A stretch of 54,870 nucleotides of DNA, the filler included, from Ginglymostoma cirratum (taxonomy: Eukaryota), in assembly GCA_024137785.1 (NCBI GenBank). It is 3 parts of 3 records of this genome, joined end to end, with 100 filler letters (N's around TTAATTAATTAA, not from the genome) between each part and the next. Parts side by side here need not be neighbours in the genome. Positions count along the whole stretch, not along the records: positions 37,410 to 54,870 come from JAHRHZ010000063.1; 2 more parts are not named here. One strand, written 5' to 3'. This document shows positions 38,083 to 50,904 of the stretch, one piece after another. A program made the translations under genes and the position numbers. The stretch's first letter is position 1; every line of letters starts with the position of its first letter. Below the pieces are notes generated by a model that had not been told where the DNA came from, made no database searches, and saw only the letters and a list, made by a program, of their open reading frames with translations.

Positions 38083-39714
38083 AAGCTTTCCCAAAAATTA
38101 CAATCAGTATGATAACTAGCAAAGGGAATTTAATTTGAAGGATATGATCAAGTTTTGAGGTGGTTAGAGTAATGATAAAGATAAGGTGCTACAGATGTAT
38201 TGTAGTGTAGTATCTTTATATTGGTTATCTTGTACCTTTAGAACATCCAATGTCATCGTTGCATCTGTTGTACTCCAGCAATCAGCCAGTTATACGCATC
38301 ACGGTTGTGCTTAGTACCATCTGCACCCAGCTGTAAATGCCCAGAAATATCTTCTACACCGCCTGTACGCTGCATATTTGCCAAGTGTTCGGCACCTTCT
38401 AATTCTACAAGCAACTTCAGTCTCCTTTGCACTTGACAGGTAATATTGTTTAAAGAAAGTGATCAGAGGTAAGAATGCAGCAGCTGATAGCAATCATTTT
38501 CAAAAGATAGTTTTTTTTAAACCTTACTTAAAGTAGTACAGCTGTTTTCAAACAAGGTTCTTGTTATTGACTAATTTATCACAGGATTTTAAACTATACA
38601 AAAGTTATTGAGTGATGTCCCATTATTATCTTTACATCAGTCTCTGCAAACTTTCCTTAGTCTAGAAAAACATAAATACACTTTGTCAACAAAATTTTAT
38701 CTACTAACAATGTTCGGGTTAAACAAAAATATATACACCTATTAATGCCATCATGTTATTTATTGAAAAGAAACAAGTTTAAAAGTTAGAACACTAATGT
38801 AATTACCATATTATTTATAGGCACAGTCCAGAAAATCCAGTAGGGCAAAAACTGGCATGTCATTATAGAGGTGACCAAATCTGGTTGTTATATTTGTGCC
38901 CTACTCACCTTGCTTCTACATTTATAAGAACAATGAAGGTTGCCAACCTAAACTAACATAAAAATGATGTATTAATATTAATCAAGTGCAACTTCTGCAT
39001 TCAAAGAATAGTATGGCATTAAGCAAAGTGGATCAAGAGATAGAAAAAGCTATTGGCTAATGTGCTCAAGTATTGTTTAAAGAAAATCCAGAATCAGAAA
39101 ACACAGTAATTAAAAACCTATACTTTCACAGCTGTTATTTCATTGTACGAAGCTAAAGTAACTCGAAATACATTTTGCTCAAAAGGACAGGAAAAAAGAT
39201 AAATGTAACATTAACTATAGACAATTACAAGCAACTACTTCTTAAACCCAAATTGTCATAATCAAATTTAAACAAAGAATCAAATTTGTATTAAGTTTAA
39301 TCTTCTGGTAGACTTTTGTCTAAATTGTTCACTTTATAAAACAGTATCACATATTTTAGTTACCCTTAAACCTGCTGGATCACAGTCTGGGTGCTAATTC
39401 TCCAAATAGATCAACCAGATCATTTACAATTCTAATTGTCTCAGAATTTAAATCCAAGTCCCATTAAAATGGTGACTGTAGTTGTTTGAACCCTGTCAAG
39501 TTTGAAATTTGAAGATAGATGTGAGGCGAATCCACAATGAAGGCTGGCCTCATGCATGAAGAATGCTCAAACGGGTGAGGCACCATAGGACGGTTGAAAC
39601 TGTCGCAATCTCGGAGAAGGAGAAAACAGTGAAAAAAGATGAGGATCAGGGAAGGACAGACCACAGGCTACATTCTGTTTATATTATGTGAAGACTGCAA
39701 TTTAAAAACCAGAT

Positions 39715-42545
39715 AGGGGCAGTTAGCAGTTTTATGGGAGGCAAATGGAATGTTGTTGTTTATTGCAAGGGGAATGGAATATTAAAAAATTTAAAATTTT
39801 ATTGCAACTATATAAAGTAGCTGATGAGACTTCATCTGGTTTACTGTGTACAATTTTGGTCTCTTTATTTGAAAAAAATATAATTGTGTTAGAAACAATG
39901 TGAAGGTTCACCTGGATTATTTATTGTTTTACTTTCATTTAATAAAAAAAGTCTCCCTTTTTTAATGAAGAGGAGGAAAAAATGTTCTCATTCAGAGGGT
40001 TGTTAGTATGTGAAATTCTCTTTTCCAGACAGCAGTGGAGCTGTGCCATTGAATGTATTCAAGGTTGAGTAACATAGACTTTTTGATAGAGAAGAGTCAA
40101 ATATTATGCATGCAGAAAGGAAGCTCTGGAGAGGAGACCACAAACAGGTCAAACATGATCTTACTGAATGGCAGAGCAGGCCCTAAGGGTCAAATGGCTG
40201 GTCAATGTCTTATGTTCCAAGATATTGGTTGGTTTTCCATTTCAGAAAAGATGCAAAATTCGAAATGATTTCCATTCTTAGAATGACCAAGGGCTACTCT
40301 ACACACAAAACCAAACTAGTTGTAAATGTGGGGCAAAGACGACTATGAGCATAAATTATGCCAAAAATGTTAAATTTTAGCTCAAACCCTGGTACAAGGG
40401 AAACATTACTCAATACCAGAACTGCCTTGGTCATCAGTCTGTTCAGTCACAACATTCAGAACCAACAGTAGATGCACTAGTGGGTAGTACTATTGAAATT
40501 TAAAAGAAAAGTTTTAAGTTCACTCGGTTTTGGAAATAACACCACTGTCAAATATCATTTAGTACAATTATATTACAGCAGTTGTATTAAATCAACTTTG
40601 CTAAAAGCCAAAATACATGAATTATGTAGAACCAAGCCTTCCTGCGTTAGATCTTCCAAAATGCATCACTTTGTATTTGTCTGGATTAAGTTTCATCTGC
40701 CACTTCTTTGCCCAAGTCTCCAGGCTATTTATATCCTGCTGTATCCTCTGACAATCCTCACTATCTGCAGCTCCGCCAAACTTTGTGTCGTCCACAAACT
40801 TAATAAAGAGGCCACCTACATTCTCCTCCAAATCATTTGTGTACAATATACAAGTTCAGCAGCTAGTAGGAAGGCAAATGCAATGCGGACCTTCATTTCT
40901 AAGGGGATGGAGTATAAAAATAGTGAAAAATCTTGCTAAAAATAATTAGACCACATGTAAAATACTGTATCTCAGGAAAGATATACTGGCAATGCAGAGA
41001 GTCCAGAAAAGGTTCATCAGGCTGATTCCATGTGTGAAAAGATTTTCTTATGAGGGAAGCTTGTGTAGATTAGGTCTTCACTGAAGTTTAGAAGAATGAG
41101 AGGTGACCTTATTGGGAAAATATAAGATTCGTAGGGGACTTGACAGGGTAGATGCGGAGAGACTTTTTTTCTCCTTGTGGGATAGTCTACAGCCAAACAT
41201 CATAATCTCACAGTAAGAGGTCAACCTTATAAAACAAAAATGAGGAGTATTTTATTCTCTCAGTGGGCAGTGAATCTCTGGAGGGCTGTAAAGGCTGTGT
41301 CATAAACTATGTTCGAGACTGAGGCACAGCAGATTTTTAATCAGTAAGGGAATCAAGGATCGTGGAGAAAAAGAAGGAAAGTGGAGTTGACATTAGCCAT
41401 GACCTCACTGACTGGCAGACGAGGGTTTATGGCCTACTTTTGCTTCTACATTTTATGGTTTTGTGAGCTGTCCCTCTTCAAATGACAGCACTGATTGTTC
41501 ACATTCACTTTACCCTTGAAAATATCATCTGAAAGACAGCAATTCGAACAAAAAAGTATTCCCTCTGTTCTACACTAGAGTGGCAGACGAGATTATGCGC
41601 TCAAGTCTTTGGAATGAGAGTCGAACCTACAACTTTGTTTCAAAGAATTGTGAGAAAATTGGAGAGACATCACAAACAAGAGCTCTCCCCTTTAAGAGGG
41701 AGAGAAGGCAAATGTCTTTTTCCTTCTCTCAGATGGTCTGTGGAATTCTTTTCTCTAAAAAGCAGTGGGGCCAGGGTCACTGAATTTAGTTCAGGCTGGG
41801 TTCGATAGATTTTCGATAGACGAGGGTTATGGGGTCAGACATGAAAGTAGAGATGAGACCACAGTCGCGATCTCATTAAAAGGCTGTGCAGGCTCAGATG
41901 TTTGAATGGCTTGATCCTGCTCCTATGTTCCTAGGGTTACAGCTTGGCTGAGCCAAGACTGACAATCTGGTGAAGACATGACAAATAAAAATAAGTGCCA
42001 AAGTACCTTTTTTGCCCTGTAGGTTTGTAAAAAAGACATCCTGTAGACTACCTCATCAATTGCTTTTCATATTAATACCAAAGAATAAATACAACAAAGG
42101 GTCCTCAAACTAATTCTGGAAGTGGAGGCATTGTCTTATGAGGAAAGATTAAATATTCTCAGACTTTATTTTCTGGAAATTAGAGGAATCAGAGGTGATC
42201 TCATTCAAACATACATTTTATGGAGATTGACAAGATAGATGAGGTAGGATGTTTCTCTTGCTAGGGAGTCTAGATTTGGGCGTACAGCCCCTAGTAAGGA
42301 ACAGATCATTCAGGACTGAAGTGAGGAAGAATTTCTTCACTCATGGAGCAATCTTTGGAATTCTCAGTCCCGGAAGGCTGTGGATGATCAGATGTTAAGT
42401 ATATTCAAGATGAAAATCAATTGATTTCTACATAGAAAGGATAAGGGACAATGCAGGAAAGTAGTATTGAAATAGAAGATCTTATCAAATGGCCAAGCAG
42501 GCTTGAAGAGCTGAACGGCCTACTTCTGCTCCTACTTCTTATGCG
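39715..42545. mobile_element. Cluster of CR1 fragments in both orientations
   Basis: KFVDDTKFGG...CQRIQQDINSLETWAKKWQMKLN (40622-40846, minus) plus several plus-strand CR1 3' ends. Confidence 0.75.
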
Positions 42546-42824
42546 CTCTTAAGAATTGGCATTTTTTTTGCCATTGTTGAAAAAGGCTACTTTTGTCAAA
42601 GCTTTTAGACTGTACTCGTCGGGACATTTTGCAAAAATGCCAATTCAATGGCAAAACCAACATTTATGCTGCAGAAAAGCAAATTGCTGATTGGTTGGCC
42701 AGTGTATTCTGATTGATAGAGATGTTGCCAATGATAATATACCCAATAATTGATAGTTAACAGATAGGTTTGATTAAGTTTCAAACTATGCAGGTTGACT
42801 ATGATTGGTCAGGACACTGCTCTT

Positions 42825-43340
42825 AGAAATTAATCGACAAATGGCTGAAACAGATACAGTGCATATACATGTTTTTCCTAGCTGCAAAGAATAGGCCTCC
42901 ATGTAATAAGCTTCCAGTACATACAAGTGTGCCATACTGAACTATCATAAATTGGCTGTCAGCATAATCTGTTGCACATTCAGGATTATCCAGCAAGTAT
43001 CCAATTTTAGACTCGCATCTAATCTTAGACACTGCCGTGGGTTTTGCAAGTACAGGCTGGCTGTGGACAGCGAGTACCTTGCTTGTTGGGAGCAGCCAAA
43101 GAGACGTGCTATTTGATTTGATCCACTAGTCTTTGGGATGTACCACCTACATGCCTGGCATCACAGCTAAACCGAAATGCATCTACCACATTATCCATTT
43201 GTGATAGACAAATCATCTTTTTGACTTGATGACACCATAAATTTAGTGTCAAACAGCACTCATGTTATTACTGTATTGTAGCTGCAGGGTAATCTGAGGT
43301 GAATTGGACACTGTTCAGGGCCAAGGATGACCACCTTGAG
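42825..43340 (-). mobile_element. Penelope-like element fragment
   Basis: IRCESKIGYLLDNPECATDYADSQF resembles a PLE endonuclease C-terminus. Confidence 0.5.
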
Positions 43341-43711
43341 AGTGATTAGTAACTACAAAAGGTTAAATTCCAATTATTTAATATGCTGATTACAGTTCAG
43401 TATAAATACTTATTGTGAAATTGGAGAATTTCAATCAAAAGTTCATGTTAAAAATCAATTTTCAGATCAATTTTGGAAATGATAGGACAGTATTGTCAGA
43501 TTTATTGCACAAACTATAAGAACACGTGCCACAACGTTGGTTTCTTATAGCAAACCAGATTCCTTAACAGAATGGTTTCACAACACTAACAAAAAGGTAA
43601 AAACTAGATTACTTAGCTGTCCAGGTGGCACGGTGGTTAACACCATTTCTTTTTGCAACAAGTACCTCTCAGGCCATGTTGCAATACACTGCAATTCAGG
43701 AGAAAACTTAC

Positions 43712-43768
43712 ATTCACTTCACAAGCTTTTGCAAAGCATTTCTTTCCAAGACCTCCACATGAACCAAA
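43712..43768 (-). other. Candidate 57-nt minus-strand exon
   Basis: TGTTTTTCAG acceptor and GTAAGT donor on the minus strand; no recognisable protein. Confidence 0.3.
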
Positions 43769-44903
43769 CTGAAAAACAGCAGCATTAGAATTCAAAGAGA
43801 AAATGAAATGCTCACAACAAAACTTCTTTGTAAAATGTTGTAAATATGCAAAATGGATAAATGTAAAACCTTCCTTCCTTTTGCAATATAATTAACATGT
43901 AGATGGGGTAGGTTTCTACCAGCCATGAAACCAAATCAACTTAATATCATCACAGTGAGAAATCTATAAAAGGCAAGTCATAGCTGACAAATTGCATCAA
44001 GTGCTTGAGGAAATAATACAGTGTATAGTGACAGGAATTGCAGTACAAGTGGATTCTCAAAAGCAATTTGGTAAACCATTACACAAGAGACTTCTGGTTA
44101 TAAGATTAAGGTACATGGCATTAAAATCATATTAATGGTCGAGAACTTTAGAGCACTTGGCACTGGTCTATATATGTATTACAACCATTTATTATTTAAC
44201 AACATAATATCAACTTACAGACATTAAGATAGAAAGCCTGGTTAGCTTTGGAATGATTTGTATGACTTTAGGCGATAAAGACGGATTAGCAAACAGAATG
44301 AATTGATGTCAGATGAAGTTTAACCCAGAAAAATGGACGGTCTGCCAGAACAATAAAGAGGTAATGGTTCTGATGGTTAAAGGGAGATAAATCAGTAATT
44401 GAAAGAAATAAAATCATACAGTAAACAGCCAAGAGCTGAAACTGAATGGAATACTCTTTCAAAATGGCACAAATGGCAGAATTCTCCAAATGGCATCCTT
44501 CTGTTCAGTATAAATCAAAAGTCCACAGTGGTACCTGGATGATAGCAACCAATTAAAGCTCACAAGTGGACTGATAAACCCCCACCCCCACATCAGCACC
44601 CAGCCAAATACAATGTGTGGGCACCTCAACACACACACACACGGCGTAGAGACACCGACACCACCACCACCACCACCACCACCGCCACCGCCCCCATAGT
44701 ATAGAAAGATTACACCCTCTCCCACAACCACACAGTGTAGAAAGCCCACACGAACCTGCCACCCAGAGCATAGAGACCATCGAAACTAACCCCGCCCCCC
44801 CCCCCAACACACACACAGATACAGACATGCAGCGTGGACAGACCGCCCCACCTCCCCCAGTGTAGAGATTACCATTACCCTTACCCGGACCCGGACCCCT
44901 CAC

Positions 44904-45010
44904 GGTAGATGATCTTTAACTCTTCCCCGACCACCACTTGTACTGTGTATTATTTATTGATGACGAGGATTCAGGCGGTTGTTAGACGCAACTTCTTGTT
45001 ATAATCTTCA
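44904..45010 (-). other. Candidate non-coding first exon of an antisense transcript (NWC/IFTAP-like)
   Basis: Minus-strand donor CATCTACC/GTGAGG at 44903 next to the ZNF143 pair, followed by G-rich intron-start sequence; 5' end approximate. Confidence 0.45.
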
Positions 45011-45081
45011 TGAGTTTTGCTGCGCGATCTCCAAAGGTCCTACCTGCCTGCTCCTGTCGCCAGGCAACGCCGACGGTGCGG

Positions 45082-45143
45082 GGAATGCTGGGACATGTAG
45101 TCTAGATGAGCGCGGTCTGAGAACTACAGATCCCGCAAAGCCT
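45082..45143. promoter_or_regulatory. Two divergent ZNF143/Staf motifs in a GC/CpG-rich patch; probable bidirectional NWC/IFTAP promoter
   Basis: Minus strand ACTACATGTCCCAGCATTCC (~45083-45101) and plus strand ACTACAGATCCCGCAAAGCC (~45123-45142), ~2.9 kb upstream of the RAG2 coding exon. Confidence 0.75.
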
Positions 45144-48045
45144 GCGGGCGGGTCCCCCTGGAATCGAATTCCTGAAGCAATATAGCCACAGAATATTGGT
45201 TCCGGAATCAAGAGAAAGGTGTTATAAAGAGATTACACTGAATAGTGAATAATGAGTGATGCAGTCTAAAATATGTTGATTATTTTACTCTTAGCAGCGC
45301 TCCCGAAAATTAATCTATTGCTCTTTTCTCTTTCTGCTGCAATAAAATATTATGATGTTAAAATTACATTGGCAATTTTGTGTGATTACGTTCAGTGAAT
45401 GACCACCACAAGTCAGACTTCCTTTCTGAATTGTCTAATATGACCATCAGCTAGGATCATAACAGGTGTTAGTGTGGAAAAGGTTAGATAAATTGTATTC
45501 GGGCCACATCATTCAGAATCCTGGATGCATTGATGGTATATCGGTCAGAGATTAAGACCTATAAATTGACCGATGGAGACAGGCCAGTGGAAAATGGCTG
45601 CAGGAAAGAATCACCATGGTAGATGAGGTTGGGAGACTGGAGATGCTTTGCCAGATTTGCCCACACAGTATTAAACCCTGGGGAATTCCATAGCAATATG
45701 AAAACAGCCTTTCACTGCATCACTCTGCATTTGTAACCATGATGCTACTGCCTTGTTTGTCCCCGCTGGACTTCAATTTTGCTACTCTGTTGTCCTTTAT
45801 CAAACACCTTTTGGAAATCCATATACACATCCACAAACTTTTTTCATCCAGTCTGTCTCCACTACTTCATCAAGACCTCAGTCCAATTAGTCAAACAGGA
45901 TTTCTCCTTTATGACTCTCTGCCAGCTCTCCCCTAATTGGTCTTCACTCGTCTAAGACGCTGTTAATTTTACTTGTGGATTTTGTTTTTAAGTTCTTCTC
46001 TGTTGCTGACAATAAACTGACTGCCGGGTTAATCCTTCCTCTACTTTTGGAAAGAGGTTTGTGATGCTTGGAGTTCTCCATCCTTTGGTAACAGCCATTT
46101 ATCAAAGGAGGATCTGGTTTTCCTTAACCACTTTGCTTGTATCATCCTCAAAAAACTCATCAGGTTTTTCTCATTCTGCTGTAGTTATTCAATGCTACTG
46201 ATCAAGTTGTTTTCATTTCCCTTTCAGGCAATGGATTCCAAATTACCTCCCTACATAAACAAAGATTTCTCATATTATCACCAAGTTTGCCGATTACCAT
46301 AAATCTGTACTTTCTGGCCCTTCTGATTTTTTTGCATCAATAATGACATGTATTCTGCAATGAATATTTAGGCCGATGTGTAGGAGCTGTATGTTCGTAT
46401 TAAATATATAGAATATAGGAGGTATTAGAGACATGAATTAACCTGTACTACTAGTCTACTTCTGCTCCTAAATCTTAAGTAGTGGAAGCTGGGTCTTTGT
46501 TCAAGTCTGATTTGGATAGACTTTTGATAGACAAGGGACTCAAAGGTATTGGATGCAGATAAAAAGTGGACCTGAGACCACAAGCAGATCAGCCATGATA
46601 TTATTGAAGGATGGAACAGGCCTGAAGGGTGAAATTACCCAAAGAAAAATCTAGTAATACTTGCAAATGGCGCACACCAGTCCAACTTGTTTTGTACATT
46701 TCAGAACAATGCTCCAGTACGATTAGTATGATCATTTCCAAGTGTTAAACTGTTTCTTCCCTCTGTTCTGCTACCATTTCCGATGACTACATCATATTCA
46801 AAGCTATTTTGCTGACAATGTGTTAAATCACCGTGATATTTGTGTGATTAACAATTTTTAAAGACCTTATCACAAACAACAAAAATAAAGATTCATTCTT
46901 TTTCTCCCAGAAATATCCTTTACAGATACCCAACATTAGTGATATCTCACTCCTAATTTCACTCTCTGATTTCTCATTCAACTGACAAGGTCACATGCAT
47001 TTCCTTTTGGCAACATTTTGCACATTCACCAGATGCGATTCTCTTTATTTCCCTTCAAGATACACGATAAGGTTAACACACTGACTTTAATCTGACTTTG
47101 ACTATTCCGAGACTGCATTTCTTCTGAACAATCCTGCTTCTGGCTTTGTAGATTCTAAAACCTGAATTCAATAATCACCTCAGCAATTATCTCACCAGGT
47201 AGCTTATCTAGTTAAAAACCAAAAGAACTGCGGATGCTGTAAATCAGGAACAAAAACAAAGTTGCTGGAAAAGCTCAGCAGGTCTGGCAGCATCTGTGGA
47301 GGAGAAAACAGAGTTAACGTTTTGGGTCTGGTGACCCTTCCTCAGAACTCAGTTTTGAGTTCTGAGGAAGGGTCACTGGACCTGAAACATTAGCTTTTCT
47401 AGTTATTTAGCCCATGTCTTAGGATTTATTAGAAAATCTATTTGATCCACTGCAAAAACTATGGGTTTCTAACCCTTACAGATCTAAAAATGAAAAACCC
47501 ATTTACATCTACTTTAAAACCCAAGTCCCCAAATAATAATATAAATCTTAATCATACACTGTTCCACCTCTGGACTCCCCCCACTTATGTTCCTAAGATA
47601 GAGGAATGATAAAAAGATTTGGTTATTTGAAGATTTCATGTCCTGAACTGGAATTGGAAAGAAACTAAGTTTGCTGAATGAAGATTTATTGAAACTGAAT
47701 TGCAGTAATACGGTTGGAGGAAATTACACTTTGTGCTTGACAAATAATTGATTTATTTAAACAAAAAAATCAATGCAGTACAATATTTTCCTCATTTAAT
47801 AACGTAAAAGAATTTTATACCCTATAGTAATCGAATTTTGAAACTATAAAGTGAGTCTTTTTTAATTGTTGATTTATCACACAGATTGCAGCCAAAACCA
47901 GCATTTTTGCACTTAATAAAAGCTGCCGAATCGTTAGTTCTGCACCATCAGAATCCATAATAATTAATTTTGTTATAAATATTTAATTCTAAATCATTTT
48001 ATGTTTCTTTTCTTCCATAGATACTGTCAGCTTTTCACCGCTACA

Positions 48046-49605
48046 ATGTCTCTGCAAATGGTTTCAGAGAGTAACAAAACTGGACTCATCTACCCAGGCT
48101 TTTCTTTATTCAATTTTAACGGTGAGGTCTTCCTTTTTGGTCAGAAAGGGTGGCCAAAAAGATCATGCAGCACTGGAGTTTTTCTTCTTCATCTCAAAGG
48201 CCATAATTTCAAACTGAAAGCGGTTTCATTTTCACATGACTCCTGCTACCTTCCCCCACTGCGTTGTCCTGCAATAACACATTACTCAGATCCCTCAGAA
48301 CCTAAGAGCCCTTTATATTTCATCCATGGCGGGAGAGATCCAAATAATGACTTGACTAATTCACTTTATTTAATGATGGTTTACAGCAGCACTGGCAACA
48401 AGAGAACATCGCTTCGTTGCATTGAAAAAAGTCTTGAAGGAGACATTCCCCAAGGAAGATATGGTCACAGCATCAATGTGGTTCAGTGCAAGGGGCAAAT
48501 GTTATGTGTCTTGTTTGGGGGTAGATGTTTCCGGCCCCCAGGGCAAAGAACCACGGAAAACTGGAACAGTGTAGTTGATTGTTTGCCGGAAGCTTTTCTG
48601 ATTGATATAAACACCGGCCATTGCACATCCCACATACTTCCCGAAGTAGAAGATGGGTTTTCATTTCATATCGCCATTGCAAAAATTGACAGAGTGTACA
48701 TATTAGGTGGCCATTCAATTGAAACTAATTGTCGCCCTGCAAGGTTGCTTTGTCTGAAGGTTGATTTATTAGAGACTTCTCCAAGTGTACAGTGCACAAT
48801 ACTGCAAGGTGGCATCTCTGTGTCAAGTGCAATTGTGACCCCAACTGGAAAAGATGAATTCATAGTTGTGGGTGGCTACGAGTCAGAGATCAAGAAGCGA
48901 ATGATTTGCAACACCATCACTGTGGAGAACGACAACATTCAGATTTTGGAAAAGGAGCCCCCAGCATGGACCACTGATATTAAAGCAAGCAAAACCTGGT
49001 TTGGTAGCAGCATGGGAAGTAATGCAGTGTTAATCGGCATTCCTGGAGAAAGCAAACAAGATGCAGCCGAGGCAAACTTCTTCTACATAGCAAAGTTTGG
49101 ACAATTAGACGAAGAAAGTCAAATTCCTTGCAGTCAGGAATCCTTTACTGATCCAGAAGAATGCAGCACTTTTGAAGATTCAGAAGAATTTAACTTTGAA
49201 GTAGAGGGCGAGGGTTCTGAATTTGCAGAGAACCGAGATAATGCTGACGAGGAAGGTTATTGGATTAAATGCAGCTCCAAGTGTAATGTGAACGTCAACA
49301 TCTGGGAGCCTTATTACTCCACAGAATTAAATAAGCCTGCAATGATTTTCTGCTCTAGCGGAGGCGATGATGGACACTGGGTACATGCTCAGTGCATGAA
49401 TCTTGCAGAATCGCAGCTGATTCAGTTTTCTGAAGAAAACACAAAGTATTTTTGCAATGAGCATTACATCGATAGAGGAATTCAAACGCCTCAAAAGAAG
49501 AAACAGATAAAGCGAACACCAATTAAATCTCCGCGTAAGAAATCGCCAGCCACTCTGAAAAGGACACCAATGAAGAAAAGCTTTCTGAAGAGACTATTTG
49601 ACTGA
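48046..49605 (+). CDS. RAG2: V(D)J recombination-activating protein 2, 519 aa, single coding exon
   Basis: MSLQMV start after TTCCATAG acceptor (exon starts 48021); FGQKGWPKRSCSTGVF, LPPLRCPA, RYGHS, RTTENWNSVVDC, acidic hinge FEDSEEF, PHD GYWIKC...HWVHAQCM...YFCNEH, C-terminus KKSFLKRLFD. Confidence 0.99.
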   Translation: MSLQMVSESNKTGLIYPGFSLFNFNGEVFLFGQKGWPKRSCSTGVFLLHLKGHNFKLKAVSFSHDSCYLPPLRCPAITHYSDPSEPKSPLYFIHGGRDPNNDLTNSLYLMMVYSSTGNKRTSLRCIEKSLEGDIPQGRYGHSINVVQCKGQMLCVLFGGRCFRPPGQRTTENWNSVVDCLPEAFLIDINTGHCTSHILPEVEDGFSFHIAIAKIDRVYILGGHSIETNCRPARLLCLKVDLLETSPSVQCTILQGGISVSSAIVTPTGKDEFIVVGGYESEIKKRMICNTITVENDNIQILEKEPPAWTTDIKASKTWFGSSMGSNAVLIGIPGESKQDAAEANFFYIAKFGQLDEESQIPCSQESFTDPEECSTFEDSEEFNFEVEGEGSEFAENRDNADEEGYWIKCSSKCNVNVNIWEPYYSTELNKPAMIFCSSGGDDGHWVHAQCMNLAESQLIQFSEENTKYFCNEHYIDRGIQTPQKKKQIKRTPIKSPRKKSPATLKRTPMKKSFLKRLFD

Positions 49606-50137
49606 AATTGTAAGATTCTAACAGTGATACACAATTTGGAAAGGACTGACAATTAAATCATTTGCAACTTAACATTTGGGGTCGCAGCAATATGCGTGCT
49701 TTCTGATGTCTAGCTTACGCTAAACTTGTTGCTACCTAAAGATATCCAAGATAAGCGTACAGACTGTATATGCAACACACAACAAACGGTGAGCCACAAG
49801 TCAAATCTCTGTCAGCATTATATAGTCCACATGGTATGGATTCTTTCTTGTTAACTGAAACAATGTACTTTTTCTTATTTAACAAGAAATCTAATAGACT
49901 TGTCATGTGATCGACGATACCATCATACTATGCAATATCGATATACTGCAGATGCTGGAACCCTGAAATAAAAAGTAAACCGGAAATGCTCAACAGGAAA
50001 GGCAGCCTCTGTACAGAGAGGTCAAAGACGTCTCATTCAGAATAAACGTTCAGAAAGATATAAACAAAATGTTCCGACAATAAGTCATCGGCCCAGACTG
50101 TTTCCCTATCCCAAACTGTTAGATTTTCCCAATATTA

Positions 50138-50400
50138 GAATCATAGGATCCTGACAATACAGAAAGAGGCCATTTAGCCCATTGAGTCTGCACCAACCCT
50201 CCAAAAAGCATCTGATCCAAACCCCTATCCAGTCCCAGGAACCCTGCATTTCCCATGGCTAATCCACCTACCTGCTTATCCCTGGATACCACAGGGCAAT
50301 ATAGGATGGCAAATCCACTGACCTGCACATCTTTGGCCTGTGGGAGGAAACCAGAGCACCCAGCAGAAACAAGGAGAACATGTACACAAACAGTCAACCC
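50138..50400 (-). mobile_element. HE1/V-SINE-like copy
   Basis: Core TGTGGGAGGAAACCAGAGCACCC, as in the other copies. Confidence 0.75.
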
Positions 50401-50519
50401 ATGCCACCCATATTCTAAGAGTGGATTATATAGGAGGGTGGATTCCATTCCCTCAACCCGTAGTACACCCTGGGGGATGTGGGTAGGCGTGGCTGGGAGA
50501 CACCAGTGTGGTGGGGAAT

Positions 50520-50904
50520 AGAGATAAAAGGTACTGCAGATGCTGGAGAATCTGAGATAACAAGGTGTGGGGCTGGATGAACACAGCAGGCCAAGCAGCA
50601 TCATAGGAGCAGGAAAGCTTGACATTTCGGGCCTGGACCCTTCATCCCCGAAACGTCAAGCTTTCCTGCTCCTATGATGCTTCTTGGCCTGCTGTGTTCA
50701 TCCAGCCCCACACCTTGTTATCTTGGTTCTCCAGCATCTGCAGTACCTTTTATCNNNNNNNNNNNNNNNNNNNNNNNNNNNNNNNNNNNNNNNNNNNNNN
50801 NNNNNNNNNNNNNNNNNNNNNNNNNNNNNNNNNNNNNNNNNNNNNNNNNNNNNNCCACACCTTGTTATCTTGGTTCTCCAGCATCTGCAGTACCTTTTAT
50901 CTCT
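50520..50904. repeat. Palindromic repeat (~110-nt inverted arms) at an assembly gap
   Basis: GAGATAAAAGGTACTGCAGATGCTGG...TTTCGGG followed by its reverse complement; family members at ~2320, 6860, 12060, 13815, 15705, 20100, 27110, 31960, 37230, 47220 and 54780. Confidence 0.85.
50755..50854. other. 100-N scaffold gap with duplicated flanks
   Basis: The same ~47 nt (CCACACCTTG...TTTTATC) lies on both sides. Confidence 0.95.

Noticed and set aside
37410-38670. Possible NWC/IFTAP coding exons on the minus strand
   Set aside because: Candidate frames have stops and I could not recognise IFTAP motifs
44732-44760. CACAGTG + 12 nt + ACGAACCTG as a RAG-transposon TIR/RSS remnant
   Set aside because: Nonamer matches poorly and the site is in CA-rich low-complexity DNA
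48001-48045. 15-aa N-terminal extension of the RAG2 ORF
   Set aside because: The upstream ATG lies in the intron pyrimidine tract; the conserved start is MSLQM at 48046
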